From: the human T2T-CHM13v2.0 reference genome, Homo sapiens
Direction: 5' to 3' (one strand)
Assembly: GCF_009914755.1 (NCBI RefSeq)
Contig: NC_060932.1
Length of the DNA: 64,000 nt
This document shows positions 46,151-59,152 of the stretch, one piece after another. The translations under genes were made by a program, and so were the position numbers. Below the pieces are notes generated by a model that did not search any database, was not told where the DNA came from, and saw only the letters and a list, made by a program, of their open reading frames with translations. The first letter of the stretch is position 1, and the number at the start of each line of letters is the position of its first letter.

Positions 46151-46911
46151 TGTAATTCTCTCTTTTATAGGGAAGAAAAATATGTCACCTGATTGTTTCC
46201 ATTTTATTCAGATGTAAAATTAAAACTGTAAGCAGGAAAAATAACTATACCCTCTGTCTCGGTATTTCAGTTAAAGGTGAACACAGCTCACTACACTACA
46301 CTAATTGTCGTATGCTACTGTAAAGTAGGACTAATAGCTTTAATGTCCTTTAGTATTTTAAATACACAGAGGAAATTTTATTTCCATTAATTCTATAATT
46401 ACAGGAGACCAAAAAATGATTAATTATATGTACAAACTAAAACATCAGATGGCCCATTATGAAATGGTACTATTACCCCATTGCACATTATTCTAGACAT
46501 AAAGATGAGATCATATCTTAAAACAACCAAAGAGAATTTTTATTCCTAAAATAAGCTTTGGGATATGGTATTTGTTCTAAAAAGATTTCTTAATGCCATT
46601 TTCTTTTCTAGAAGCATACTTTTTAAAGGGGAATTTTCTGGAAGCATATTTATCCTTCCTTGAAGCACTTTTTGAATCATCACTGGCTCTAAACTAATAT
46701 ACTTGTGCCATATAGGAGTCTTGTATTTGAAAAGTACATCTGTCCATATGTGCTTAGGAAAAATGATTTCCGGGCATCTCAAAAGGCACCCCAGGAGGAA
46801 AGCATGTTACTGCTGTTCTTGTCTATAACATCAAAACTCAGTAGTTTTGTTTAGAGTGTGTTTCTGGAGGACTACCTTCTAAGGACAGTAATCTATGATA
46901 GTGTGTAATCA

Positions 46912-47252
<341 letters not shown>

Positions 47253-50200
47253 ATAAACTGCATGTAGAAAAAGAGTCTGGAGAAGGAGTGTTTGATGGTG
47301 ATTGACAGATGAACACAATTCATCGCAATTGATAGAAAAACAAACTGCTTTTCTCACATGTTATTGGTCATGAACATTGTCCGAATACGTGAATATCAGC
47401 ATTAAATATTAAACATTAAGGCTGTATTGTCTTAAACACAGTAATGCATAAACCCATCACGTTTTCCTCAGGGAGACCTTTGCTCATCTTGATGTATTTA
47501 ACACTCTTGCCCTATGTGCTCAAAGTTCTAAGGGAAGTCCTTGATCATAACATTTTTATATTCTATTATTATTATTACTTAAATTTATTATTACTTATGT
47601 TTCCCATTGTGTAGAAAATTTCATGAGAACAGAGCTATCTGGTATATTCTTATGTTCCAATTTCTATGCTCATAAGTTCTAAACTAAAATTTGTGTGTCA
47701 GTTTGCATTAGGCTGGGTTATATATCACAGAAAAGCCCCAAAACAATGGCTTAAAAGATATTCTATCATATAAAATAAATTCAATATTAGGCAGACTAGA
47801 GATAATGTAATATCTCCACAAAGATATAAGGTCTCAGGCTCTCCCATCTTTCTTCTCTATTATCCTAATCAATTACTTATCTTCTCAAGGTTATCTTTTG
47901 GCCCAAGTGTGCTGTGCTGGCCTCAACCAATCTTTTTTTCCATCTTTCCTTATATAATTGCTTTGCTTTCCCCCATAATCCTGCTTAACTTGAAGTCTCA
48001 GACTTATCCTTTTTGGGTGAGGGATCTAGAATGCTTGTGCTAACCTTAAGGGCACTTCGTCGCACCCTGTCATGGTCATCTCAGTCAAATCATAAATCAA
48101 ATGCATGACCACTATAGTGCCTCTCATGTTCAAGGTCACTCCAAAGCATTTAACCCATAATTTCTCATGACATCAACAATAAACTTTCTCTGTGCAAAGA
48201 GAAAAGTTTTTAGATATACCTACAAGATATATCTAGTTTTTAAAAAAGGAGTTACAAAGGTAAATTTTTGTAGTAATTTAGGGTTTTTTTTTCCTTTACA
48301 ACATCGCAGAAGGTAGTGTTACATAATTGTATCTTAAGCTCCTCTGTTCCTGCAAGACACTTCAACAAAATGTTCATTCAGATCATTTAATTGTGTAGTA
48401 GTATTCTGTTTTATTGCGTAAAACTACACAGAGGCATACATTGCTATTCAGTTACAAAAAAGATGACATGCAAATAAATCTGTTTATCAGGCTTTCTTTT
48501 ATCATCTATGAACCATTGCAAATCTCACCTAAAATTCTTCATCATTCAGATTTTACTCTTAATTGAAGTTTCTCAACCATGAGATTGTATCCATGAGATG
48601 CACTAACATCACAGCAAGATAATTCATGATCTTAATGGCATTTACTGGTGTTCTATTTGTTCTACATATTGTTCTAGAATGACCTTATATTCAGATTGCT
48701 CCATCAAGAATTACACTCGTATATTTGAAATTCCTTCTAAAACGCACAGCAACACTTTTCATTAGAAGCTATTCAAGCTGTTTTCTCTGGAGCACAAAAC
48801 TACTTTCATTGAAGTTTGGCAGCCATGACCTACCTTTAATGGTTTAATGTTCGCAATCTGTGGCCCAACTAACTCTCACTTATTAGAATAGGTATAGCTT
48901 CATTGAGAAAGAAATGTTTCTATAGAAGCACGTACAAGAACTGGGCAAATTTGGAGACCATTGTATCAGCAGGGCTCCCAGGGGCACTGGAGAAGTTGAA
49001 TGAGAATAGGGTCACCTCCCAGCCTCCTCCCGGCTTTTTCTGGCAGGGTGAGATGACCACCACAGCCCATATCTTCCCACACTCAGGCAGTAAAGTCTGG
49101 AAGTCAATGCCTGGGAAAGATAGAAAACCTTCAAGCCACAAGTCACAAGTGTGGTTTTCTTTGACCAGAGATGGAGACATGAGAACAAGTTTTAAGAACT
49201 CAGTTCAAACAGTTAAAGTTAGTACAGAATTATGAGGTGTTAAAGAATTAGAAAAGGGGATTCAATACAGAAGAGTTGGGGAGTGAGTTGTTGGAGAAAC
49301 TAAGATCATTTCATATTTATACTTCTGAATTGAAACTATGAAATAAATGAATGACACAGGTAAAACACTTACTTTTCTTTAAAAATTGTTTTCTCGTATT
49401 TGATTGGAGGGATAATACGATATAGAAGAAAAATAACAGAAACCATGTATTTCTGCATAGATATTTGCTTATTTTTGCACATACCTTGCTCAATACAGTG
49501 ACTCTAAAAGAGCAACTCTAAAAGAGCAACTGCTTTTTGGAAACCCAATTGCTTTGGAAAAAAGACAAAAATAAAACCTATTGGCAACCTATTTGTCTGC
49601 AAAGAGAGACATATTGTTGTTACACAAATTTCTGATTAACAGCTATTAATAAAACATCAGCCACATTGATTACTTAAAAATTTAGATGGTTTCTGTTTGT
49701 CACTAGATTGTATAACCCCGCAGTAAACTAAATTTTCTGAGAAAAGATTCCCAAATCTTTGTATTTGCATTAAACATCATGATAAATACAATACAGGCTT
49801 CAAATTTCATGGATTTCCTTCATTGTGGAAAACAGGCAGAAGGAAAAATTAGGTCACCATATCAGTGAGAGAATATTGGAACTTAATTTTTCAGGAATTA
49901 TATTCACTTCAAACTTTAAGGTCTTTGGAATAAGAAATATCTCTAAGATGACTTGTTCCATTTTCTGAAATATAATTGCATCCCTTGGAAAAGTTTTGTG
50001 AAGCAACAAAACATAGCATCTACTGTCCATAGGACTTTAGATTTTTTACAATCAAGACCCAAAGTCGAATTTAATTATAGAGATCTTCCAAATCTAGACA
50101 AACGTCTGTCCCCATCACCTCCCTTCTTTCAGTCTGCTCTGCAAACAGTGTTTGAGAATAAAAACAGAAAAGTAGAATACATACAGAGCTTCATTTTCCC

Positions 50201-51090
50201 CTACTGATGTAAAAGCGTTTATGCATTTAAAAAAATGCCCAATTGTACTATTTGTTGAGCATTGACAATATGGTTAACAAACAAGTAGAAGTATTGCCTA
50301 GAGGCTTATAAACCTAAATAACCTAGGTAAATTCCCCTCATCCTCCAAAAAGTGCCTAATTGACAATGATACTAGATTATTAAAGAAGATGCCATTCTTG
50401 TAGATCCTAAATAAGGCATAGCCTTTGCTGTGTTTTTAGAATGCTATTTCGGTAAAGGCGTCCAGATTATTTCCTTGAGACATTATTCTTGAATGTAGGT
50501 ATTAGCAGCCTCCAGAACTCCAAAAATAAAAAAGTTCAAGATTTCTTTCAGTGATTGCTCATGCAGGAAGAAAATATACAAAAGAAAAGATAAAAGTAAA
50601 TTATAAAAGATAAAACTAATTACTAGATTTAAGTTAGTTGTATATGTTTAAATAATAATAAAAATATACAAAGCAGGGTTGCCTAAGTTTCACCATCTAA
50701 AAATAAAAAGAAACCTGTGAGGTAAAAAAAATTATTAAATAGTTTATTAAATGTAATAGATATATTGTAGCCACCTGGAGGAAACTGGGATTTGGGGTTT
50801 CCTACATTCCTGGCACAAAAAAGATTGAAGATTAGAAAAAAAAAAGGTAAATCTTGAGCTAGACAAAATGTTTTCCCAGCAATGCTCTGAGGAAGAATTT
50901 AAACTAGGTATAAGAATTCCTGACAAAGAAGAATTATTTCACTGACCCTGCCTGACTCCTCAGGTGAAATACACAGGTGAAATATTTCATGGGAAAAATG
51001 AGCTCTCATGGGTAGTGATGTCAAGTCAAAATAGCTAAATAAGGTTCTATTGCTGGTACTTTGAAAAATTGCTTAACTTTCTTAAAGAAT

Positions 51091-51920
51091 TGTAAACCAA
51101 AAATAAAATTCTAAGCCTCCAACCAACTGAATGGATGACTCCTCTTGGCCAAGGGCATTCCAAAGTTAACTCAAAACGTGAGTTCAGGTTATGATGGGAA
51201 GGAGGGTTGGACATGCCTTATCGTACCCTTCTTCCTTTGGAATTCAGGCACAACTGATCAGCATTAACATTAAAACAGAAATCTTAAGAGGGACAAACCT
51301 GACTCTTTGTAGCAATAAGATACCCAATGACAGATAGCGGCCCTGAGAGAAATAAAAAGCAAATATGTTTCTTCAGCATATTTTGAAATGGCCCTGCAAA
51401 GCTGTCTCTTATGGAGGAAATACATTCTATAGAGAATCTCCTTTCCTTTCTAGATATTTTTCCTTACGCAGGAGAGGATTAACTAAGAGTCTGGCACATT
51501 TTTAAGTCTGATAAGAAACATTTACAATCTATTCTCTCTGAAGCTTGCTACCTGGAGGCTTTGCCTGCATAATAAGAACCTTGGTCTCCACAACCTCTTA
51601 TTTCAACCTAAACATTTCGATTCCAGGTCTGTAGATAAACTCTTTCACCAATTGCCATCAGAATATCTTTGAATCCACCTATGACCTGGAAGCCTCCACT
51701 TCGAGTTGTCCTGCCTTTCCAGACCAAACCAATGTGCATTTTACATGTATTGATTGATGTCTTATGCCTCCCTAAAATCTATAAAATCAGGCTGCAACCT
51801 GACCATCTTGGGCACATATTCTCAGGATTTCCAGAGGCTGTGTCATGGGCATGTCCCTAGCCTTGGAAAAATAAACTTCTAAACTGATTGAGATTTGTCT
51901 CAGATACTTTTTGGTTTACG
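51091..51920 (+). mobile_element. MER4-family solo LTR
   Basis: TGTAAACCAAAAATAAAATTCTAAG...AATAAACTTCTAAACTGATTGAG...TTTTTGGTTTACG. Confidence 0.88.
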
Positions 51921-52092
51921 GATTCAAAACAATGGCAAATCAGGCCACTATAGAAAAAGATCACAAAACATTGTACATAACAGAAAAAAAGAAAAATACA
52001 TACTTGAAAACCCATATTTGATAATATAGATGATTTGTGGACTAAGCTATGTGATGGATCAGGCAAAAATCTTATAGTCAAGACCTGGGAAT

Positions 52093-52790
52093 TGTAAACT
52101 AAAAATGAAATTCTAAACCCACCAACTGACTGAATGAACCATCTCTTAGGCAAGAAGACCCCAGAATAACCCCGAAAACTGAATTCTTGGCCATTATGGG
52201 ATGAGGGAGTCAGACTACCTCCTTTGCTAACCATAATTAGACTTTCTTCCCTAAGGGCCTAATGGAAACCAGCTTTTCTGAAAAACTCCACCACTGATAT
52301 CAACCAACCACCTGATGCTACCCATCCTTTTTTGCCTGATAAGTGACCACTGACCACTACTGTCTGGCCAGTCTACAGAGAATGCACAGTGAGGGTTTTC
52401 ATGTCTTCTGCTTTACCTTTTGATACCAGAAGGCCAAAAATGCCCTCAGATCACCACCGTTTTTTGAACAGAGAGACACAGGGAGCTCCATTGTGCATGT
52501 ACATGTTTCTCCTTTCATAAACATTCATGACTCCTTCTGTAGCTTATTGAAGATGTATATTTGGTCACCCCACTTAACATATTCCTGTTGCCTTTGCCCC
52601 TGCCTTGAAGTATCTGTTTTGAGCTTCTGGTCAGAGTCTATGCTTCCCAGCCTATCAGAATGGCTGTAGGCTGCAACTCTTTATGATAAATAAAGTCTCC
52701 TCTTCTAAATTTATAAATTGTATTATCTTAAGTTGACAGAAATAAAGTCTCCCCTTCTAAATTCATAAATTGTGTTTTTTTAAGTTGACA
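52093..52790 (+). mobile_element. MER4-family solo LTR with duplicated 3' end
   Basis: TGTAAACTAAAAATGAAATTCTAAA...TAAGTTGACA, with the terminal ~52 bp present twice. Confidence 0.85.
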
Positions 52791-52809
52791 GGATAAAGTC
52801 TATTTCCTC

Positions 52810-53940
52810 TATTCACTAAATGTGTCCTCTTAGCACATTACTTAGACTCTTTGAACCATAGTTCTCCATAGAATAAGGAAAATAATATTCACCTCAAAGG
52901 GTTGCTGTAAGAATAGAACAAAAAATATAAATGTAAAGAACATATACACAGTAGGCAATCAGTACCTATATGTGATGTGATAGGAAAGCCCTCTTTTTCT
53001 ATCATTACTTTTAGAAGGTTGCTAATTTAAGTTCATGATTAATGTGAGATAAATCTACAGATTTCTTCACATTTACCTGTCCTATTTCTATGCCTAAGTT
53101 TGTTTATGTATAATTGTACATATGTTGAGTACTTGGAGATTTTGAAACATTGAAAACACTCTGGGATCAGAGGAAAAGTTCCACTTCTCTCAAGAAAAGT
53201 AAATAATAAAGAAAATTAGCCTATAATGTTAGTCATCACCAAAATAACAGAATAATGTCACACTCATTCCTTAGGAAAACAAAAATATGATTTGGATTTT
53301 CAATATATTTCTTGGTATCTTAAATGTGCCAGATGAAAGAAGCTTTCGTATTTATGTGCTGCATGTATTATTCAGAAGGAAGATGATTCCAAGTCATGTT
53401 ATTTCCAAGGAAGCAACAATAACTTCACTGGACCCCTGCTGATCTTAAAGTGCAGCATGAAAAACAGTCTTGGAGACTTCTAGAGATGTCCAAAGTATGC
53501 CTACGGGGAGCAATAGGGATACCAGGAGAATCTGATGGTAGACGTATATTAAAAAAGCTATTTACATGTTAAAGCATAGAATGTAATTAATAGTGGTACA
53601 GCTGTGTTGAAGTTAATGTGCAGATCTGAGATTCTATCAAAAGGGACCATTATATATATTTAATGTGTCACTTAGTCCTCCATTTTCCCCTTTTGCTTTA
53701 ATGCATCACAATTAATATATACCCCAAAGTATTTGCTGGGTGTTGTGATGACTGTTAATAATAACAGCAATAATGACCATGATGATAACTGTCATTTATT
53801 AAAGCCTCACAATATGCTGGGTCCTTTACTAAGTACTTTTTATGCATTATCTTATCTTCTCAGCAACTCAACTAAATGGATACTATTATTTTCTCTATCT
53901 TGTAGAAAAGAAACTAAGGATTTAGAAGACTGAGTAATTT
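52810..53940. mobile_element. MIR fragments (~52810-52960 and ~53760-53940)
   Basis: ACCTCAAAGGGTTGCTGTAAGAAT; GTCATTTATT...GCATTATCTTAT...GAAACTAAGG. Confidence 0.55.
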
Positions 53941-55084
53941 GCTATGGAGGGTGCTTTTGTTTAAATACCCAATTGCCACTCCTTACTGTTCCCCTATAAA
54001 CTTGCAAAGAATATACATTTCTTTCAAGCACGAGAACATGTAGAGAGTCTCAGTGCTTGTCCAGTCCCAGGGTCTGACTTTGAGCGATGTCACTCTGGCA
54101 CAGTCCTTCTGTCCCCCTTGTGATTGATTGAGAGGTGAGAATGGACACATATCTCTGAAGGAACAGTTAGGGATATTTTCGCTGCATTACTTATGGGAAA
54201 ATAGTCTACCTTTTTAAAAGAAACAAAAAAATCTGTGCTCTGTCTTCAAGACTTTGGATGTTGTGTGGATGTAAGACCAACATCTGCTATTAGCATCTTG
54301 TGAAGATGATTGAACCTCAAGATGAAGCCCTCAAGCCACCCCCCAACTTCCAATTCTCTGTTCTATTTTTCCCCATAAAACTCATTGCTTTTTAGTGTAC
54401 CATATGATTTTCTTTTATTATATTTATTATTTATTATACATTATCATCTATTTATTATTTATATATTTTATAATCTATTATACTCTTTATAGCTTTCCCC
54501 TCTGGCAACAGTGCAAATTCCACAAAAGCAGGGCTTCTGTGTCTGTTTTACTGATATTTCTTGATCACCTAGAACTATGCCTGACAAAGGAGAGGCTCTG
54601 CTGAATATGGAAGGGTGTAAACAGTAGAACGAACCTGGACCATTGAACCCCTGAATTATCCAACCATCTTACTTCTGGACTTCTTATTTTGTGACTAAAA
54701 ATTCCTTTTGAAATGAGAGTTATTTGTGATTGAGATCTGGTTTACTTAAGAGCCAAAAAACAGTAAGTAACACTCTTATCAAATTGATAAGCTAGAAAAT
54801 ATCAGATAAGAGATTCAAACGCATGTCTGACTCAAGACCATATTCATTAACCAGCATGCTATACTGCATTATGGACATATTGCTGGGAGATGCTATGAGA
54901 TCACCTTGGAGTTGGAGAAGGACGTAGTGATAATCATTCCACAAATTGTTGACTGCTATGTGTTAGGCATTGGGATGAACAGTAGAAATGTAAGAGTACA
55001 CAGAACTTGCTCTTCATCCTAATAATATACAGGGTGGTAAATAATTGACTAGGAGGAAATATGAAGAAGTAACTCACCTCTATC

Positions 55085-57455
55085 AATTAGGTTGCTTTCA
55101 GCAGTAAACAACAGAAAATCCCGGTAAAATTCATCTTCTCAAATAATATGGAATTTATGGTGTCATTTGATAAAAAATCTGGAGGTAAGTGACATGGGTT
55201 TGTTCAATTCTATGGTTCAATACGTACTGTTACATTAAGGATGCCTTAATATAATGCCTTCTGTTTTTCTGTTCTGTTACCCCCAATTGAGTGATTTTCT
55301 CAATATCTCAAGGTGGATCCAGCCATCATATCCTCATTCGCATCAGTGTCTAGTAGCAGGAAAAAAATAATGAGATAACACTTTCTTTTATCTATTTTTA
55401 TTAGCTAAGAAAATATCCCTAAAAACTTCCCTAGGCAAACTTGACATTATGTCTCATTGGCCAGATTTGGATCATACAACCATTTCTAAGCAGGGAAAGG
55501 GAATAGGATGACCATAATTAATTGAGCAAAGACAGATTCATCCCCTGAATCTGCAGTGGTTCACCAGGGATGAGCATTTTATGCAAAACAAGGTGACATA
55601 GAAAAGCTCCAATATCTGAAAATATCAGAGTTCTCTTAACGAGGAAGAAAAGGAGAATGGCTATTGGGCAGATGTCAATCGTGTCTGTGACTGGTTTAGT
55701 TCTCACCTTACATGATATCCCATGGGCATTCAACACAGTTGCTCTAATGCTTTTTCTGGAGTTCTATGAAACAACTTTCTGTCAATTTTTCCTAATTATT
55801 GCAAAAGTAAATATAATAAACACCAAACAAAATACAAGTTGGATGCTTTGGGTACCATGGTTACATAAAAAGACACCCCAAAACTTAGTTGTTTAGAATA
55901 AGAACAATATTTATTTTTCTCTCAATCTGCAATCTGGGCAAGGCTCTCTGGGTATAGTTTGTCTCTGTTCCATGTCAGTATCAGGTAGGGAGGCATGAGA
56001 ACTGGGGGCTGGGATTATTTTTTATTTATATACCTGGTACTTAGGTTGAAAAGACCCAAACAGCAGGGCATCTTTCTCATCTTTTATGTCTCTCCATGTG
56101 ATCTCTTAAGCTGTGGACTCAGGGATTCCAAGATACGTATGTTGAAAAAAGAAAGGAGAGAGAGAGAGAGAAAGAGAGGAAATACCAGGAAGAAGCTTGA
56201 TTGGCTTTTAAACCTAAACTCAGAAGTCATATATCACTTCCACCATAGCCACAGTCCCCCACGCCCAGATACAAGAGGAGGGAGCATAAAATCCAATTCT
56301 CTATGGAGGACTGTCAACATCACATGGAAAGGAGAGAATGTGGAATGGGATGTATGAAAGCATAGATATTTATATGTGCTTTTAGAACACTGGCAACATT
56401 ACTCTAAAGATTGTATGGAAAAGCAAATAGAAAACACAACAGTAAGTTTAGTGAAAGAAGTATATAGACAGGTAAACCTTATCATATATTAAAACATCAT
56501 TTACAAAATTAAAATAATTATAAATAATACTGTTGACATAATCATTAAAAAAATCAATGAAATCAAATGGGTACCTTAGAAAAAGGACTTATAAAACTTA
56601 GTATATCATTTAAAATGAATGACAAATCAATGGAAATATTGCTAAGTAAATATTGTTCATATGATTGCCTAACTATTAGCAGCATCTATTTTAATCTTCG
56701 TTTTACAACATGTTGTGAAATTAAACTGCCAAGAAATCAAGCAAAACCAAACAAAATACTACATTGCCAAAGGAAATATGTTAAAATACACAAACACATA
56801 GCAAATATAAAAACAAAATGAGCTGTTTATTAAGTATACAGGAAGATCTTCAACTATAGACATAATCATAGAAGTACCCAGTCTTGAAAATAAAGATTTT
56901 TTTAACTACCAAAATATCAAAAGTAAGAAATGACATCAGACAGTGTTAATGACAGTGTGACAATTTATATATTGCTATGATGCCATTTATATTGATTACC
57001 TATTGCTGCCTCACAAATTATCCCAAAAGTTAGTGACTTCAAATATCAATTAAAATTTACTACCTCAGCATTTTCTATGGGTCAGGACACTGGGAGCAGT
57101 TTAGTTGGTTTGGGATCACTCATGAATTTGTAATCAGGATTTTGTTGAGGGTGAAAGCCTACTAGAGTTGGAGGGCCTTCTGAGATGGTTTACACACATG
57201 GCTAGTTCAGTTTCTTACCATGTGGGCTTCTTCATAGGGCTACTTGAGGTTCCTCACTATCTGGTGTCTCACCTCCCCCTGGGCCAGTAATCTGAGAGAA
57301 TAGAGTGGAACCTGTAATGCCTTTTATGAGCTAAATTTGAAAGTCACACACAGTCACTTCCATAATATGCTATTTATTAGAAGCATGTTACTAAGTGTAG
57401 TCAACATTCAAAGGAAAGTGTCAGGGACTTTGTCCATGTATTTTTAAACCATCAC
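55085..57455 (-). mobile_element. Cluster of old MLT1-type LTR fragments (~55085-55690, ~55830-56360, ~56985-57455)
   Basis: TCTCATTGGCCAGATTTGGATCA; CCCCAAAACTTAGT; CAAATTATCCCAAAAGTTAGTG...AAGTCACACACAGTCACTTCC. Confidence 0.65.
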
Positions 57456-57950
57456 AATTTTTTTATTTGAAAAAAATTAGTAAAAATGCATTATGAGCCT
57501 TTTAAATGTACATATTTTTAAGTCCATAATTTCGGTTCTGGAATTGTAATAGGTAAAACAAATTTAAACAAAAAAACTAATGATTTTCATTATCTCATTA
57601 ATTATTACAGTGACTTTGGAGGGAACATAATTGACAAAAAAAGAGAATTATGTATCATATCTACATGATGACAATGTTTTAACAACTTAAAATAAAAGAC
57701 TGACACTTCTGGCCATGGCATAGTAAACTGCTACTGGAATTGTCCTTTTGATGAAAATAACAGTAAAATAACAAAATATATAAAGTAACTTTTCAGGCAT
57801 TAAACATCAGGCAGATCAGCAATCTGATCCTTGAAAGCATGAAAATATAAAATGTGATACACAAAATAGATCATCCTAGCTTTTTGACCAGAGACACTTT
57901 CTTGCTATGGACCAGTGTTACTTATTGGAGGAAGATGGTTGGGTTTTTGA

Positions 57951-58316
57951 GTGCCATGGTGTTAATGTGTTCTCTAAAATTTATGTGTTGGAAACTTAAT
58001 CCCCATTGCCAGAGTGTTGGGAGGCGAGGTCAAATGGCATGTGTTTAGATCATGAGGGATCCACCTTCCTAAATGGATTAACACAAATTATAAAAGGATT
58101 TAAGGCTGCAGGTTTGATCTGTTGCTCTCTCTCACTTTGACTTTTCCCTTCCACTCTTCCACCGTGGGTTGACACAGCAGGAAGGCCCTTGCCAGATGCC
58201 AGCAACTTGATATTAGATTTCCCAGCCTACAAAACTGTGAGTCAATACATTTCTATTCATTTTAAATCACCCAATCTGCAGTATTTTGTTATAGCAACAC
58301 AAAATGGACTAAGACA
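57951..58316 (+). mobile_element. MST-type solo LTR nested in L1
   Basis: TGCCATGGTGTTAATGTG...GGAAACTTAATCCCC...ATAGCAACACAAAATGGACTAAGACA. Confidence 0.85.
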
Positions 58317-58989
58317 CTGGATTTTTGACATGGTGAAAATTTATGTGACAGAGACTGAAAATAAGGGAGGGAAGGAATAAGTAAGAGACGGCAGAAGTTT
58401 TCATGAAGATTCATAAAATTTTAGTGGCCAAGCATTACAATGCACATGCACGTGCACAAGATGGCTTTCTATGAAGTGTAGCAAAGATAACCTTCTCTGG
58501 GGCTGAGAGACGAAGTGTTACTAGAGATCTAGACTGGGAGATTTAGCATTCTGGTTTATCCAGAGTTGAAAGACTTTACTGAATACCTTGGACATTCATC
58601 TGAGACTCCAGAAAGGACATGTCTTAGAAGTAGGAAGCATGCTCTCAAGGAATAGCCATGTTGCAGGACTAAGTTGAAGGCTGAAATAGATCTCTTCTAG
58701 CCAAGAGTAAAACCAAGACTTACAGAACAAAGGATTTTCCAATAGTTAACTGCCTGCCAAAACACAACTCAGCACCCCTGTAAAGCAGGGCAACATATCT
58801 AAACTCCCTATAATATATCATCAACACTGTTCTGCATGCAATGAAAAGTTAAAAAAATACACGAATAAGTGAGAAAATATGGCCTACTATGGAAAAAGTA
58901 AAATACCTCAAGATGACTCAGATGCTAACATTAATAGGCTAGCACTTGATTTATTATACTTTTTTAAGCTGGTCGTCTGTTGGTGTTGT

Positions 58990-59152
58990 CTTTTTAAGAA
59001 TTTTATTTTGAATTGACAAATAATAATTGTATATATTTATGGAAAGCAATACAATATTTCAATATATGCATATAAATTATGAAATCATTTAAATCAGGCT
59101 AGTTAACAAGTTCATCACCTTACATATTTATTTTTTTGTGGTGCAAACATTT
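58990..59152 (-). mobile_element. L1MA-like 3' end fragment
   Basis: AATTGACAAATAATAATTGTATATATTTATGG...TCATCACCT. Confidence 0.75.

Noticed and set aside
49501-49531. 14-bp tandem duplication ACTCTAAAAGAGCA (similar short duplications at ~7905, ~8441, ~50961)
   Set aside because: Ordinary slippage; no further structure.
52688-52801. Direct repeats as a CRISPR-like array
   Set aside because: Mammalian DNA, no spacers; duplicated LTR terminus.
54405-54490. Tyr/Ile/Phe-rich hydrophobic ORF
   Set aside because: AT-rich low-complexity tract inside an old repeat.
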